Under the pieces are notes generated by a model. It did no database searches and was not told where the DNA came from. It saw nothing but the letters and a program-made list of their open reading frames with translations. Source: an uncultured Tolumonas sp. (GTDB lineage Bacteria; Pseudomonadota; Gammaproteobacteria; Enterobacterales; Aeromonadaceae). Taken from it: DNA of 64,000 nucleotides. The stretch covers positions 79,707 to 143,706 of the forward strand of contig NZ_CAUVYG020000005.1 in the NCBI RefSeq assembly GCF_963556105.3, in the 5' to 3' direction. Within the stretch, counting starts at the first letter, position 1; each line of letters opens with the position of its first letter. The position numbers and the translations under genes are program-made. This document shows, in pieces, positions 9,192 to 20,281 of this stretch.

Positions 9192-10643
9192 TCAAGACTG
9201 GGCAGCCTGATAACCGCCGCCTAACGCGTGGATCAACGCAACATCAAGAGAGAACGCGCGTGATTGCAAATTCACCAAAGCCCGCTGGCTACCCAACAAC
9301 GCATCTTCTGCCGCCAGCACATCAAGGTAAGTGGCTAACCCACCGCGATAACGGTTATTCGCGATCTGATAGGCATCTTGGGCGGCATTTACGGCATCTT
9401 GTGTTTTCTGCAAACGGCCATTTAAGGCTTTAGAGCTGGTCACCACATCAGCAACTTCATGAAACGCTTGCGTCACTGTGGCGTTGTAGTTCGCCACCGA
9501 CTCTTCATAGCTGGCTTGTGCTGTAGTGAGCTGCCCTTGCAGACGCCCTCCGGTAAACAACGGCAGATAGATCGCCGGGCCAATACTGCCGGCATCGTTA
9601 CCCGACTTAGTCAGATTGTTCAGGCCAAATGATTGGTAACCGATAAAAGAGGAAATACTGACATCCGGATAAAACTGCGCTTTAGCAATGCCGATCCGTT
9701 TTGCAGCAGATTCCGCGCGCCAGCGTGATGCAGTGACATCCGGGCGATGACCTAACAGACCAATACCCGCCTCTTTCGGCAAACCAAACGTTTGTTGTAA
9801 TTTGACGTTTGGACGTGAAATCGTGATACCACGATCCGGGCCTTTGCCTAACAACGCGGCCAGAGCATTTTTCTGCAAGGCGATAGATTCGTCGATATTC
9901 AGTAATTCGGCTTCCGCATTGGCAGACAAGGCTTCGGCCTGACGCACCGCGCCTCGTGTTTCCAGCCCATTACTAAAGCGTTGTTGCAGTAACGAGACTG
10001 TTTTTTTACGAATATCTAAGGCGGTAACAGCTGTATCTCTGTTGGCATATAAACGGGCCAGCTCGGCATAACTCTGCACTAATGAGGTTGAAAGCATTAA
10101 ATTTGCAGCAGCACTTTCAGCCTGCGCGGCGGCAAAATCCGAAGTCGCCGCCGCAACGGCTGCTTTGTTTTTGCCCCAAAAATCGAAGTCATAACTAAAA
10201 TTCAGCGTGGCAGAGCCGTAATCATTCCAGTTTTGCGGTGGCGCATACGCCTGATATTGATAACTGACCTTGGTTTCCGAAGCCGATAACGCCATGCCCG
10301 CTTGTATATAACGAGCGGCACCGGCTTGTTGTGCCATCCCTTCTGCGCTTTGCAATCGGGCCGCTGCTGCTTTTAATGAAGGAGAATCATGAATGGCTTC
10401 ATCTACCATCACATTTAACTGAGCGTCGTTATATCGCATCCACCATTTGTTCTCTGGCCAAGCAACTTTATTGTCGGACTGAAAGGCGTGGTCTGATGAA
10501 TAAGCGGTTGCCGCTTTAGGGGCAGATAAATTCTGATCCGGAGCATGAGCACAAGCACTTAACACCAGAACACTGATGGGAAGCAAAGAAAACTGACGCC
10601 AATTTTCTACTCTGAGTAATCGTGAAGCGTGTTGTATTTTCAC
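9192..10643 (-). CDS. Outer-membrane efflux lipoprotein (NodT/OprM/VceC family)
   Basis: Lipobox VLSAC, DFWGK and HRPDV..A motifs, LGGGY C-terminus. GTG 10643 is preferred over the track TTG 10661 because it has a GGGG SD and fits the promoter position. Confidence 0.88.
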   Translation of the reverse strand: MKIQHASRLLRVENWRQFSLLPISVLVLSACAHAPDQNLSAPKAATAYSSDHAFQSDNKVAWPENKWWMRYNDAQLNVMVDEAIHDSPSLKAAAARLQSAEGMAQQAGAARYIQAGMALSASETKVSYQYQAYAPPQNWNDYGSATLNFSYDFDFWGKNKAAVAAATSDFAAAQAESAAANLMLSTSLVQSYAELARLYANRDTAVTALDIRKKTVSLLQQRFSNGLETRGAVRQAEALSANAEAELLNIDESIALQKNALAALLGKGPDRGITISRPNVKLQQTFGLPKEAGIGLLGHRPDVTASRWRAESAAKRIGIAKAQFYPDVSISSFIGYQSFGLNNLTKSGNDAGSIGPAIYLPLFTGGRLQGQLTTAQASYEESVANYNATVTQAFHEVADVVTSSKALNGRLQKTQDAVNAAQDAYQIANNRYRGGLATYLDVLAAEDALLGSQRALVNLQSRAFSLDVALIHALGGGYQAAQS

Positions 10644-10657
10644 TCTGGAACCCCATA

Positions 10658-10730
10658 ACAATACCGTACGGTTCAGTTATAACCTTGACAGCCTTCTCTC
10701 GTCAAGTAAAACTGAACGGGTAAGTTCATT
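10658..10730. promoter_or_regulatory. Overlapping divergent sigma-70 promoters with two TetR-type palindromic operators
   Basis: Operators 10658-10677 and 10711-10730 match ACTGAACCGTACGGTTCAGT at 17/20 and 14/20. TTGACA at 10685 (+); TTGACG with TATAAC on the minus strand. Confidence 0.6.
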
Positions 10731-10744
10731 CATGGTAAGAGCAT

Positions 10745-11365
10745 ATGCGGGTCAAAAGTGAAGCACGTCGGCAAGCCATCATCGATGTTGCTAAAGAAGC
10801 GTTTTGTCGACAGGGGTTTGAAGCTACGTCGATGTCAGAAATTGCCAGTCGGGTTGGTGGCTCGAAAGCCACGCTGTATAACTATTTCCGTTCCAAAGAA
10901 GAAATATTCATTGCTGTGATGGAGTCTTCCGCTACCGAACGAATTGCCGAAGCATTCAAAATACTGGAAGAAAATACCAACATCCGCTTCACCTTAGTGG
11001 ACTTTGGTATGCACTATTTGAAGTCCATCATCTCGCCAGACATAGTGGCTATCCGACGGATGGCCATTAATGAAGCTGAACGTTCAGATATCGGTCGTCA
11101 TTTCTATGAAAACGGGCCGAAAAAAGGCTGGTTACTGCTCAACCACTATCTGCAAAAACAAGTCGGGCAAAATGTACTGGTACCCTGTGATGTCTGGGTT
11201 TGCGCCATGCATTTAAAAGCACTGCTTGAATCAGAAGTTGTGGAACAACATGCATTGGGTGTTATAAAAGAAATAGACGATACGCAGCTAAAAAACGTGG
11301 TCACACGGGCTGTTTCTGTTTTTCTCAAAGCCTATCAGGCTCAGGATAAGAACAATGTAGAATAG
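10745..11365 (+). CDS. TetR/AcrR family transcriptional regulator, divergent from the efflux operon
   Basis: N-terminal HTH GFEATSMSEIASRVGGSKATLYNYFRSKEEIF. Confidence 0.92.
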   Translation: MRVKSEARRQAIIDVAKEAFCRQGFEATSMSEIASRVGGSKATLYNYFRSKEEIFIAVMESSATERIAEAFKILEENTNIRFTLVDFGMHYLKSIISPDIVAIRRMAINEAERSDIGRHFYENGPKKGWLLLNHYLQKQVGQNVLVPCDVWVCAMHLKALLESEVVEQHALGVIKEIDDTQLKNVVTRAVSVFLKAYQAQDKNNVE

Positions 11366-11427
11366 ATGAAAATCATCAGTACTGTGTTCTAATATTATAA
11401 AGTGGGACTGATGACAGGAGATCTCTC

Positions 11428-11952
11428 ATGCAATTTCCCTTAAACAAAAAATGGCCGCTGTTCTTGTGCATTGCCGTCTTTATTGCTTCAGGCCCTGCGT
11501 TTGCCGATAAGCCGGACTGGAATGACAAGAAAATGGATAACCCATTGGAGTGGCGCAAGAATAAAAACAAACAGCACAACGATAGAATTGAAAGAGGCAT
11601 CGATCGGGATCAAATCCGCGGCGAAGAAAGATCGGTTAATATTTATTTCAATACACATCATCGTGATGTGGTGCGTCGCTATTATGATGACAGCTTCCAT
11701 TCAGACCGATGCCCTCCTGGCCTAGCGAAAAAGCACAATGGTTGTGTACCACCAGGGATCGCCAAGAAATGGCATGTAGGCCGCCCATTACCGAGCGATG
11801 TCATTTATTACGATTTACCACCACAGCTTGTTATTAGCCTTGGTGTACCACCCGCAGGGCAAAAATACGTCCGCGTCGCGGGCGACATTCTGTTGATCAC
11901 CGTAGGTACCAGTATGGTTCTCGATGCCATACAAGATCTGAATCGTCTGTAA
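11428..11952 (+). CDS. Exported RcnB-like protein (PPGLAKK family)
   Basis: Signal peptide ending AFA-D, a low-complexity charged region, then CPPGLAKK, GRPLP and YVRVAGDILL. Confidence 0.7.
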   Translation: MQFPLNKKWPLFLCIAVFIASGPAFADKPDWNDKKMDNPLEWRKNKNKQHNDRIERGIDRDQIRGEERSVNIYFNTHHRDVVRRYYDDSFHSDRCPPGLAKKHNGCVPPGIAKKWHVGRPLPSDVIYYDLPPQLVISLGVPPAGQKYVRVAGDILLITVGTSMVLDAIQDLNRL

Positions 11953-11956
11953 ACAC

Positions 11957-11988
11957 AAAGCCCGCATCAACTATGGTGCGGGCTTTTT
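11957..11988. terminator. Bidirectional terminator
   Basis: AAAGCCCGCA / TGCGGGCTTT stem between convergent genes. Confidence 0.75.
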
Positions 11989-12017
11989 ATTTCTCTCTCG
12001 CGATCATCTGATCCGCG

Positions 12018-12893
12018 TTATTTTTTCTTTTTGGGTATCGGCCTAATGGTTAGTGTAGCCCCTACCGACGCTATCATAATCGCGAACATACCACCCCATT
12101 GTTGCAACGTCAGATGTTCCTGCAAAATGATCAAACCGGAGAAAGCCCCTACTGCAGGCTCTAAACTCATCAACGTGCCAAATGTACGGGAAGGAATACG
12201 CCGTAGTGCCATCATTTCCAGTGAAAAAGGTAACGCGGTTGATAAGATGCCCACACCAAGCGCAATCGGTAAAATCGACCACTGGAATAACGCCAAACCA
12301 TTCTGCGCAATGCCGATCGGACAAAAGAAACTCGCCGCAATCAAGGTGCCCATAGCCACAGTTGATTGACCATTTTTGATGCCGGCTTTTTTTCCGTACA
12401 CAATATACAAAGCCCAACATGCGCCAGCACTGATCGCAAACAGGGCCCCTTTCAGATTAATATCGGCACTACTTGCGGTGATCGGTAACAACACTAATAG
12501 CCCGAGCACAGCCAAAACAATCCATAAAAAATCGACCGGACGACGGGAAGACAAAATAGCAACCGATAACGGACCGGTAAACTCCAGCGCAACCGCAATA
12601 CCGAGTGGTAAGGTTTTTATCGATTGATAAAACAGGAAATTCATTCCGCCCAACACCAAGCCGTACACCAACAATGGCAATAAGCCACCTCGCGTCACTG
12701 ACGTGCGCCAGGGTTGATAAATTAGCGATAAAACTAATGCGCCAAATCCTAAACGCAACGATGTCGCACCTTCCGCGCCAACCAACGGGAACAGCAATTT
12801 CGCCAATGAAGCTCCGCTTTGCACAGAAATCATCGCAATAATAATTAAACAAACAGGCAGTAAAACAGATGATTTATCAGACGTACCAGACAT
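12018..12893 (-). CDS. rhtA: EamA/DMT family exporter, threonine/homoserine exporter RhtA
   Basis: QSGASLAKLLFP, GMNFLFYQSIKTLPLGIAVALEFTGPL, LPFSLEMMALRRIP. Confidence 0.88.
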   Translation of the reverse strand: MSGTSDKSSVLLPVCLIIIAMISVQSGASLAKLLFPLVGAEGATSLRLGFGALVLSLIYQPWRTSVTRGGLLPLLVYGLVLGGMNFLFYQSIKTLPLGIAVALEFTGPLSVAILSSRRPVDFLWIVLAVLGLLVLLPITASSADINLKGALFAISAGACWALYIVYGKKAGIKNGQSTVAMGTLIAASFFCPIGIAQNGLALFQWSILPIALGVGILSTALPFSLEMMALRRIPSRTFGTLMSLEPAVGAFSGLIILQEHLTLQQWGGMFAIMIASVGATLTIRPIPKKKK

Positions 12894-12904
12894 GAAAAAA
12901 GCCC

Positions 12905-12935
12905 AAAAAAAGAAACCCGCATAGTGCGGGCTTCT
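12905..12935 (-). terminator. Terminator after carB
   Basis: Minus strand AGAAGCCCGCA-CTA-TGCGGGTTTCT followed by a T run. Confidence 0.7.
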
Positions 12936-12958
12936 ATTATTAAGCAGTTACAGCAGAA

Positions 12959-15900
12959 TTACATGCTTTCTTTCACGCGTTGATGCAACTCTTGTACTGA
13001 ACTGACATTGGCGGTTTCATCAATCGCCATGCCCAGACAAGAAGCAAAACCAGCATTCAGCGTCGTGGTGTAAGACACTTTGTGCTGCAGTGCGCCGCGA
13101 CGCAGTTGTTTAGAGTCTGCAATCGCTACACGACCTTCAACAGTGTTCACGATAAAGGTGTATTCGCCATTCTTGATGCGATCCAGAATGTGCGGGCGAC
13201 CTTCAGAGACTTTGTTCACCTTACGGTTCGCAATGCCTGCCGCAGTCAGCGCGTCAGAAGTGCCTGAAGTTGCATCCAGTTCAAAACCCGCGTTGATCAG
13301 TGCAGCGGCTAATTCCACCGCACGTTTCTTATCGCCGCCACGAACTGACAACAATGCACGGCCAGACTTAGGCAAGCCTTTGCCAGTGCCCAACTGCGCT
13401 TTAGCATACGCTTCGGCGAAAGTCGCACCCACACCCATCACTTCACCGGTCGAGCGCATTTCAGGGCCAAGCAGCGGGTCAACGCCCGGGAACTTGTTGA
13501 AAGGCAGCACAACTTCTTTTACAGAGAAGTAAGGTGGAATGATTTCTTTCGTGAAACCTTGCTGAGTCAGAGACTGACCGGCCATCACACGTGCCGCGAT
13601 CTTAGCCAGTGGTGCACCTGTCGCTTTCGACACGAACGGTACAGTACGAGCCGCACGCGGGTTCACCTCAATCAGGTAAACCACACCATCTTTCACCGCA
13701 AACTGCACGTTCATCAGACCAATAACTTTCAGTTCCATGGCCAGTTTACGTACCTGTTCGCGGATCTCAGCCAACACATCAGCTGGCAGCGAGTAAGGTG
13801 GCAATGAACAGCCTGAGTCACCGGAGTGGATACCACATTGTTCAATGTGTTCCATCACACCACCGATCACGACTTGTTCACCGTCGCAGATTGCATCCAC
13901 ATCCAGCTCAATCGCATCGTCAAGGAAGTGATCCAGCAATACTGGTGATTCGTTCGATACGCTTACCGCTTCGTTGAAATAACGACGCAGGTCGATTTCG
14001 TCAGACACGATTTCCATCGCACGACCACCCAATACATAGGAAGGACGCACTACCAGCGGATAACCGATCTCAGTCGCTTTCTCAACCGCTTGTTCCAACG
14101 CAGTTACAGTCGCGTTTTGTGGTTGTTTCAGGCCCAGACGCTCAACCGCTTGTTGGAAGCGTTCACGGTCTTCGGCACGGTCGATAGAGTCAGGGCTGGT
14201 ACCAATGATTGGCACGCCAGCAGCTTCCAGTGCACGCGACAGTTTCAGTGGGGTTTGACCACCGTACTGCACGATCACACCTTTTGGTTGCTCAACACGC
14301 ACGATTTCCAGTACATCTTCCAGTGTAACCGGTTCGAAATACAGACGATCTGAGGTGTCGTAGTCGGTAGAAACGGTTTCAGGGTTACAGTTAACCATGA
14401 TGGTTTCATAACCGTCTTCGCGCAGTGCCAGTGCCGCATGCACACAGCAGTAGTCGAACTCGATACCCTGACCGATACGGTTCGGGCCACCACCTAAAAC
14501 AATGATCTTGTCTTTGTTGGTTGGTGCTGCTTCGCACTCTTCCTCATAGGTAGAGTACATATAAGCAGTGTTAGTTGAGAACTCAGCCGCACACGTGTCG
14601 ACACGTTTGTAAACCGGCAGGATCTGGTATTGATAACGCAGTTCACGCACTTGCGCTTCTTTCACGTTCAGCAGTTTTGCCAGACGTGCATCAGCGAAAC
14701 CTTTACGTTTCAGCTTACGCATGAAATCTGCATCGATACCAGACAGACCTTTTGCCGCCACTTCTTTTTCAAGATTCAGCAACTCTTCGATCTGGATCAG
14801 GAACCATGGGTCAATCTTGGTGTCATTGAAAATATCTTGCAGTGACATACCCGCACGGAACGCATCGGCTACAAACCACAGACGATCAGCACCCGGGTTT
14901 TGCAGTTCATGACGAATAGTCGCTTTTGCATCAGTTGCAGTCGCATCGATAACCGGATCAAAACCTGTTTTGCCTGTTTCCAGACCACGCATCGCTTTTT
15001 GCAGTGACTCTTGGAAAGTACGACCAATGGCCATCACTTCACCCACAGATTTCATCTGGGTAGTCAGACGGTCGTTAGCACCGGCAAATTTTTCGAAGTT
15101 GAAGCGTGGAACTTTGGTTACTACGTAGTCGATAGATGGTTCGAAAGATGCCGGCGTTTTACCGCCAGTGATGTCATTCATCAGCTCATCTAAGGTGTAA
15201 CCAATCGCCAGTTTGGCAGCGATTTTAGCAATCGGGAAACCGGTCGCTTTAGACGCCAGTGCAGATGAACGCGATACACGCGGGTTCATCTCGATGATCA
15301 CCATACGGCCATCAACCGGGTTGATACCGAACTGTACGTTAGAACCGCCGGTTTCAACGCCGATCTCACGCAGGACTGCCATCGAAGCGTTACGCATCAA
15401 CTGATATTCTTTATCAGTCAGTGTTTGAGCGGGTGCCACTGTGATCGAGTCACCGGTGTGGACGCCCATCGGGTCAAAGTTTTCGATAGAACAGACGATG
15501 ATGCAGTTATCGTTACGATCACGCACCACTTCCATCTCATACTCTTTCCAACCGATCAGTGATTCGTCGATCAGCAGCTCTTTGGTTGGTGACAGATCTA
15601 AGCCACGCTCACAGATCTCAACGAACTCTTCTGGGTTGTAAGCGATACCGCCACCTGAACCACCCATGGTGAACGATGGACGAATGATACATGGGAAACC
15701 GACTTTCTTCTGAACGTCCCAAGCTTCATCCATGTTATGTGCGATACCGGCACGCGGACATTCCAGACCGATAGAACGCATCGCTAAATCGAAGCGACGA
15801 CGGTCTTCCGCTTTATCAATTGCATCAGCGGTGGCACCGATCATTTCTACGCCAAACTCGGCCAATACGCCGTGACGCTCCAGATCCAGTGCACAGTTCA

Positions 15901-16186
15901 GTGCAGTCTGGCCACCCATAGTTGGCAGCACTGCATCCGGGCGCTCTTTTTCAATAATTTTGCGCACGACTTCCCAAGTGATTGGCTCGATGTAAGTGGC
16001 ATCGGCCATTTCAGGGTCAGTCATGATCGTGGCAGGGTTAGAGTTCACCAGAATGACGCGGAAACCCTCTTCACGCAGTGCTTTACACGCTTGTGCACCA
16101 GAATAGTCGAATTCACAAGCCTGACCGATCACGATTGGGCCTGCACCCAGGATCAGAATACTTTTTAAGTCCGTACGTTTTGGCAT
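12959..16186 (-). CDS. carB: Carbamoyl-phosphate synthase large subunit
   Basis: [30 protein letters not shown] start, two ATP-grasp halves, 1075 aa. Confidence 0.99.
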   Translation of the reverse strand: MPKRTDLKSILILGAGPIVIGQACEFDYSGAQACKALREEGFRVILVNSNPATIMTDPEMADATYIEPITWEVVRKIIEKERPDAVLPTMGGQTALNCALDLERHGVLAEFGVEMIGATADAIDKAEDRRRFDLAMRSIGLECPRAGIAHNMDEAWDVQKKVGFPCIIRPSFTMGGSGGGIAYNPEEFVEICERGLDLSPTKELLIDESLIGWKEYEMEVVRDRNDNCIIVCSIENFDPMGVHTGDSITVAPAQTLTDKEYQLMRNASMAVLREIGVETGGSNVQFGINPVDGRMVIIEMNPRVSRSSALASKATGFPIAKIAAKLAIGYTLDELMNDITGGKTPASFEPSIDYVVTKVPRFNFEKFAGANDRLTTQMKSVGEVMAIGRTFQESLQKAMRGLETGKTGFDPVIDATATDAKATIRHELQNPGADRLWFVADAFRAGMSLQDIFNDTKIDPWFLIQIEELLNLEKEVAAKGLSGIDADFMRKLKRKGFADARLAKLLNVKEAQVRELRYQYQILPVYKRVDTCAAEFSTNTAYMYSTYEEECEAAPTNKDKIIVLGGGPNRIGQGIEFDYCCVHAALALREDGYETIMVNCNPETVSTDYDTSDRLYFEPVTLEDVLEIVRVEQPKGVIVQYGGQTPLKLSRALEAAGVPIIGTSPDSIDRAEDRERFQQAVERLGLKQPQNATVTALEQAVEKATEIGYPLVVRPSYVLGGRAMEIVSDEIDLRRYFNEAVSVSNESPVLLDHFLDDAIELDVDAICDGEQVVIGGVMEHIEQCGIHSGDSGCSLPPYSLPADVLAEIREQVRKLAMELKVIGLMNVQFAVKDGVVYLIEVNPRAARTVPFVSKATGAPLAKIAARVMAGQSLTQQGFTKEIIPPYFSVKEVVLPFNKFPGVDPLLGPEMRSTGEVMGVGATFAEAYAKAQLGTGKGLPKSGRALLSVRGGDKKRAVELAAALINAGFELDATSGTSDALTAAGIANRKVNKVSEGRPHILDRIKNGEYTFIVNTVEGRVAIADSKQLRRGALQHKVSYTTTLNAGFASCLGMAIDETANVSSVQELHQRVKESM

Positions 16187-16203
16187 GACGCTACCTATTC
16201 CTG

Positions 16204-17334
16204 TTATGCGCGATATTTTTTGATCAAGTCGATGAAATGGTCGAACAGCGGAGCTGCATCATGCGGACCTGGGCTCGCTTCAGGGTGGCCCTGGAAGCTG
16301 AACGCTGGTTTGTCAGTACGATGAATACCCTGCAAAGAACCGTCGAACAGTGATTTATGTGTCACACGCAGGTTAGCTGGCATATCCGTATCATCGGCTG
16401 CAAAACCATGGTTCTGGCTGGTGATCATCACCACGTTGCGATCCAGATCTTTCACCGGATGGTTGGCACCATGATGACCAAATTTCATTTTCATGGTTTT
16501 CGCACCGGAAGCCAGTGCCAGCAACTGATGGCCTAAGCAGATACCAAAAATTGGCAGTTCGGTTTCCAGGAAGGTTTTGATCGCTTTAATTGCGTAATCA
16601 CATGGTTCTGGATCACCAGGGCCATTCGACAGGAAAACACCATCCGGATTCATCGCCAGCACGGTTTCTGCTGGTGTTTGGGCCGGAACAACGGTCACAC
16701 GACAACCACGATCAACCAACATACGCAGAATATTACGTTTCACACCGAAATCGTAAGCAACGACATGGAATGGGTATTCAGCAGGCTGAGTATGACCCTG
16801 ACCCAATTTCCATGAACCTTCGGTCCATTCATATGCTTCAGTACAGCTCACTACTTTCGCCAGATCCATGCCTTTCAGGCCAGGGAAGGCTTTCGTTGCC
16901 GCCAGTGCTTTCGCTGCATCCAGGTCACCGCCTGCGATGATGCAACCAGACTGAGCGCCTTTTTCACGCAAAATACGAGTCAGTTTGCGGGTATCAATTT
17001 CAGCAATACCAACCACATTGTGCTTCTTCAGATAGTCAGACAGTGTTGCCTGATTACGGAAGTTAGATGCAACTAATGGCAAATCGCGAATGATGAGGCC
17101 TTGAGCATGAATGTTGGGGGATTCTTCGTCTTCAGAATTGGTACCAGTGTTACCAATGTGGGGATAAGTCAGCGTTACAATTTGGCGGCAATAAGAAGGA
17201 TCAGTGAGAATTTCTTGATAGCCAGTCATCGAGGTATTGAAAACAACTTCCCCGACTGAACAGCCTTCAGCACCAATAGACACACCCTTAAACACCGTCC
17301 CATCTTCCAACACTAACAGGGCAGAATGAGTCAA
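16204..17334 (-). CDS. carA: Carbamoyl-phosphate synthase small subunit
   Basis: [30 protein letters not shown] start at 17334 follows GGAGG (E. coli carA also starts TTG). Confidence 0.98.
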   Translation of the reverse strand: MTHSALLVLEDGTVFKGVSIGAEGCSVGEVVFNTSMTGYQEILTDPSYCRQIVTLTYPHIGNTGTNSEDEESPNIHAQGLIIRDLPLVASNFRNQATLSDYLKKHNVVGIAEIDTRKLTRILREKGAQSGCIIAGGDLDAAKALAATKAFPGLKGMDLAKVVSCTEAYEWTEGSWKLGQGHTQPAEYPFHVVAYDFGVKRNILRMLVDRGCRVTVVPAQTPAETVLAMNPDGVFLSNGPGDPEPCDYAIKAIKTFLETELPIFGICLGHQLLALASGAKTMKMKFGHHGANHPVKDLDRNVVMITSQNHGFAADDTDMPANLRVTHKSLFDGSLQGIHRTDKPAFSFQGHPEASPGPHDAAPLFDHFIDLIKKYRA

Positions 17335-17462
17335 GACGACCTCCAAGTCATTAAATTTATGCTTGTACCCCGATCAGTATGTTTCCTGCGCACTGAAGGG
17401 GTGATTTTATTGCCTGTTTAGGTTTGTTTGGCTGAAAACGCCATTTTACAAACTCACATCAG

Positions 17463-17504
17463 GCAAATTCCGGCTATTCTACCTGAACTAAAATAAGAAG
17501 CCAA
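17463..17504 (-). promoter_or_regulatory. carA P1-like promoter with a UUU tract in the initial transcript
   Basis: Minus strand TTGGCT-N17-TAGAAT-AGCCGGA-ATTTGC, similar to E. coli carAB P1 (CAGAAT-GCCGCC-GTTTGC). Confidence 0.5.
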
Positions 17505-17520
17505 TCCCATGTAAATGGCG

Positions 17521-17559
17521 AATGAAAAATCATGCACACTACAAGCATAAAACAGCACG
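17521..17559. promoter_or_regulatory. Tandem ARG-box-like (ArgR) sites upstream of carA
   Basis: AATGAAAAATCATGCACA and CAAGCATAAAACAGCACG, 3 bp apart (canonical spacing). Core matches to TGMAT-N4-ATKCA are 9/10 and 7/10. Confidence 0.42.
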
Positions 17560-17708
17560 AAAAATGAAAAAAAGTGAAATCAAAAAAAGAAGTGATACAA
17601 AAATAAAGATTATCAGCAGAAACAAGAACAAAACCAACATAAAAACAAAAAATAGATAAAACCCCTTTATTTGAAGGGATTGAAGTGGCAGATAAAAATA
17701 TCTATATA

Positions 17709-18599
<891 letters not shown>

Positions 18600-18607
18600 T
18601 CAGATAC

Positions 18608-18634
18608 AAAAAAGGCCAGATGTCTGGCCTTTTT
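18608..18634. terminator. Terminator after fklB
   Basis: AAAAAAGGCCAGA / TCTGGCCTTTTT. Confidence 0.7.
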
Positions 18635-18639
18635 CCGGC

Positions 18640-19254
18640 TTACGCCAATACGTTCAGTAATTCTACTTCAAAAACCAGCGTAGAGAACGGAGGAATTGAA
18701 CCTGCGCCACGCTCGCCGTATGCCAGATTGTGCGGAATGAACAATTTCCATTTCGCGCCTTCTGACATCAGTTGCAGTGCTTCAACCCAACCAGCGATCA
18801 CGCCGCCAACTGGGAATTCAGCTGGTTGACCACGTTGTACTGAGCTGTCAAACACGTTGCCATCAGTGAAAGTACCGTGGTAGTGCACACGTACTTTATC
18901 AGAAGCAGCAGGTTGTTTGCCTGAGCCTGGAACCAGAACTTCATATTGCAGACCTGATTCAGTCACTTTTACTTCTGGACGTTTGGCATTTTCATTCAGG
19001 AACGCGATACCGCCTGCTTGCATGGTTTTAGCACGTTCAGCTTCTTCAGCAGCCATTCTTTCATTCAGAATGCGGAATGCTTCGCCGATTTGCTCATGCT
19101 CAACAGCAAAAGGTGCGTTGTTGATTGCATCTTCAATACCTTGCTGCACAGCAGACAGATCAAAGCCAGCAAAAGATTGTTCAGTTAATTGCTGGCCTAT
19201 TTGACGGCCAATACCGTAACAGGCTTGCTGTTCGGTTGTTTGAAACTTAGACAT
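18640..19254 (-). CDS. fklB: FKBP-type peptidyl-prolyl isomerase (22 kDa)
   Basis: FKBP_N helix, then VRVHYHG, FDSS, VIAGW, PHNLAYG. ATG 19254 follows GGAG. Confidence 0.93.
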   Translation of the reverse strand: MSKFQTTEQQACYGIGRQIGQQLTEQSFAGFDLSAVQQGIEDAINNAPFAVEHEQIGEAFRILNERMAAEEAERAKTMQAGGIAFLNENAKRPEVKVTESGLQYEVLVPGSGKQPAASDKVRVHYHGTFTDGNVFDSSVQRGQPAEFPVGGVIAGWVEALQLMSEGAKWKLFIPHNLAYGERGAGSIPPFSTLVFEVELLNVLA

Positions 19255-19314
19255 AAACACTCCGCGATTATCACAAAGCCCGCATGTTAACAGACTGGCA
19301 ACTTTTTCAGAACC

Positions 19315-20118
19315 CTATCCGGCACATTGAGGATGAACTCCGCCCGCTTGAGCCTGCTGATACACAGGTTGCATTTGTGGCACTAACGATTGTAATTGGT
19401 TGATTCGGGTTTGATCAGACGGGTGGGTAGACAATATTTCCAGCGGCTCGTTACCTTGGCTGGCGCCAGCCATGTTATACCAAAGGCTAACAGCTTCCTG
19501 AGGATTAAAACCGGCCATCGACATCAATTGTAAACCCAATACATCGGCCTCTGTTTCATGTGCACGGCTATATGGCATTAATACACCATATTGAACACCA
19601 ATGCCTAATGCCGCCATGGCCGGGCCTTTGGTGCTGCTATTTTGCAGAATTTGATCAGCAGCAGCCATACCCATATTGGCCACTTGGCTCTGAGATAAAC
19701 GTTCATTCGAGTGTTGCGCTAATACGTGCGAAACCTCATGGCCAATAACTGCAGCCAGCTGATCCTGATTTTTAGCTACCTTCAGCAAACCGGTATACAC
19801 ACCAATCCGACCACCAGGCAGCGCAAAAGCGTTCACTTCTTTAGAATCAAAAACAACAACTTCCCATTGTCCGGGGTTGGTGTTGGCAAACTGTGCAGGA
19901 ATGGCCTGAGTGATCGCCTGAGCAACACACTGAACATAGCGAGTTTGTTTTGGATCTGTCGACACACGTTCTTTTTGTTTTATCTGCTGGAAAGACGATA
20001 ACCCCATTTGAGCTACATCGTTATTTCCCATTAATAACAATTGTTTGCGACCAGTAGGCGAAACAGCACAAGCACTCAACACACAAAGAGTTATGCCAGC
20101 TAACAGGCTTTTTTTCAT
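19315..20118 (-). CDS. M48 family zinc metalloprotease lipoprotein (LoiP-like)
   Basis: Lipobox LSAC, NAFALPGG, HEVSH, YSRAHETEAD, STHP. Confidence 0.9.
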   Translation of the reverse strand: MKKSLLAGITLCVLSACAVSPTGRKQLLLMGNNDVAQMGLSSFQQIKQKERVSTDPKQTRYVQCVAQAITQAIPAQFANTNPGQWEVVVFDSKEVNAFALPGGRIGVYTGLLKVAKNQDQLAAVIGHEVSHVLAQHSNERLSQSQVANMGMAAADQILQNSSTKGPAMAALGIGVQYGVLMPYSRAHETEADVLGLQLMSMAGFNPQEAVSLWYNMAGASQGNEPLEILSTHPSDQTRINQLQSLVPQMQPVYQQAQAGGVHPQCAG

Positions 20119-20281
20119 ACACACTCCGGACAGGATGCCCTACAGTAAAATTGTGTAAATCTTAGAGCATTGGTTGCATAACACAACATCTTCCCTGTCA
20201 TTAAAATGTCAACCTACTGACACAGAAGCGTCACTCCACAGAGCAAGACTAGCGCAGTCTGGACTAGATGGAGCTTACCTG

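Noticed and set aside
13080-16168. Many 60-150 aa plus-strand ORFs opposite carB
   Set aside because: Antisense shadows of a strongly codon-biased gene, with no SD, motifs or protein-like composition.
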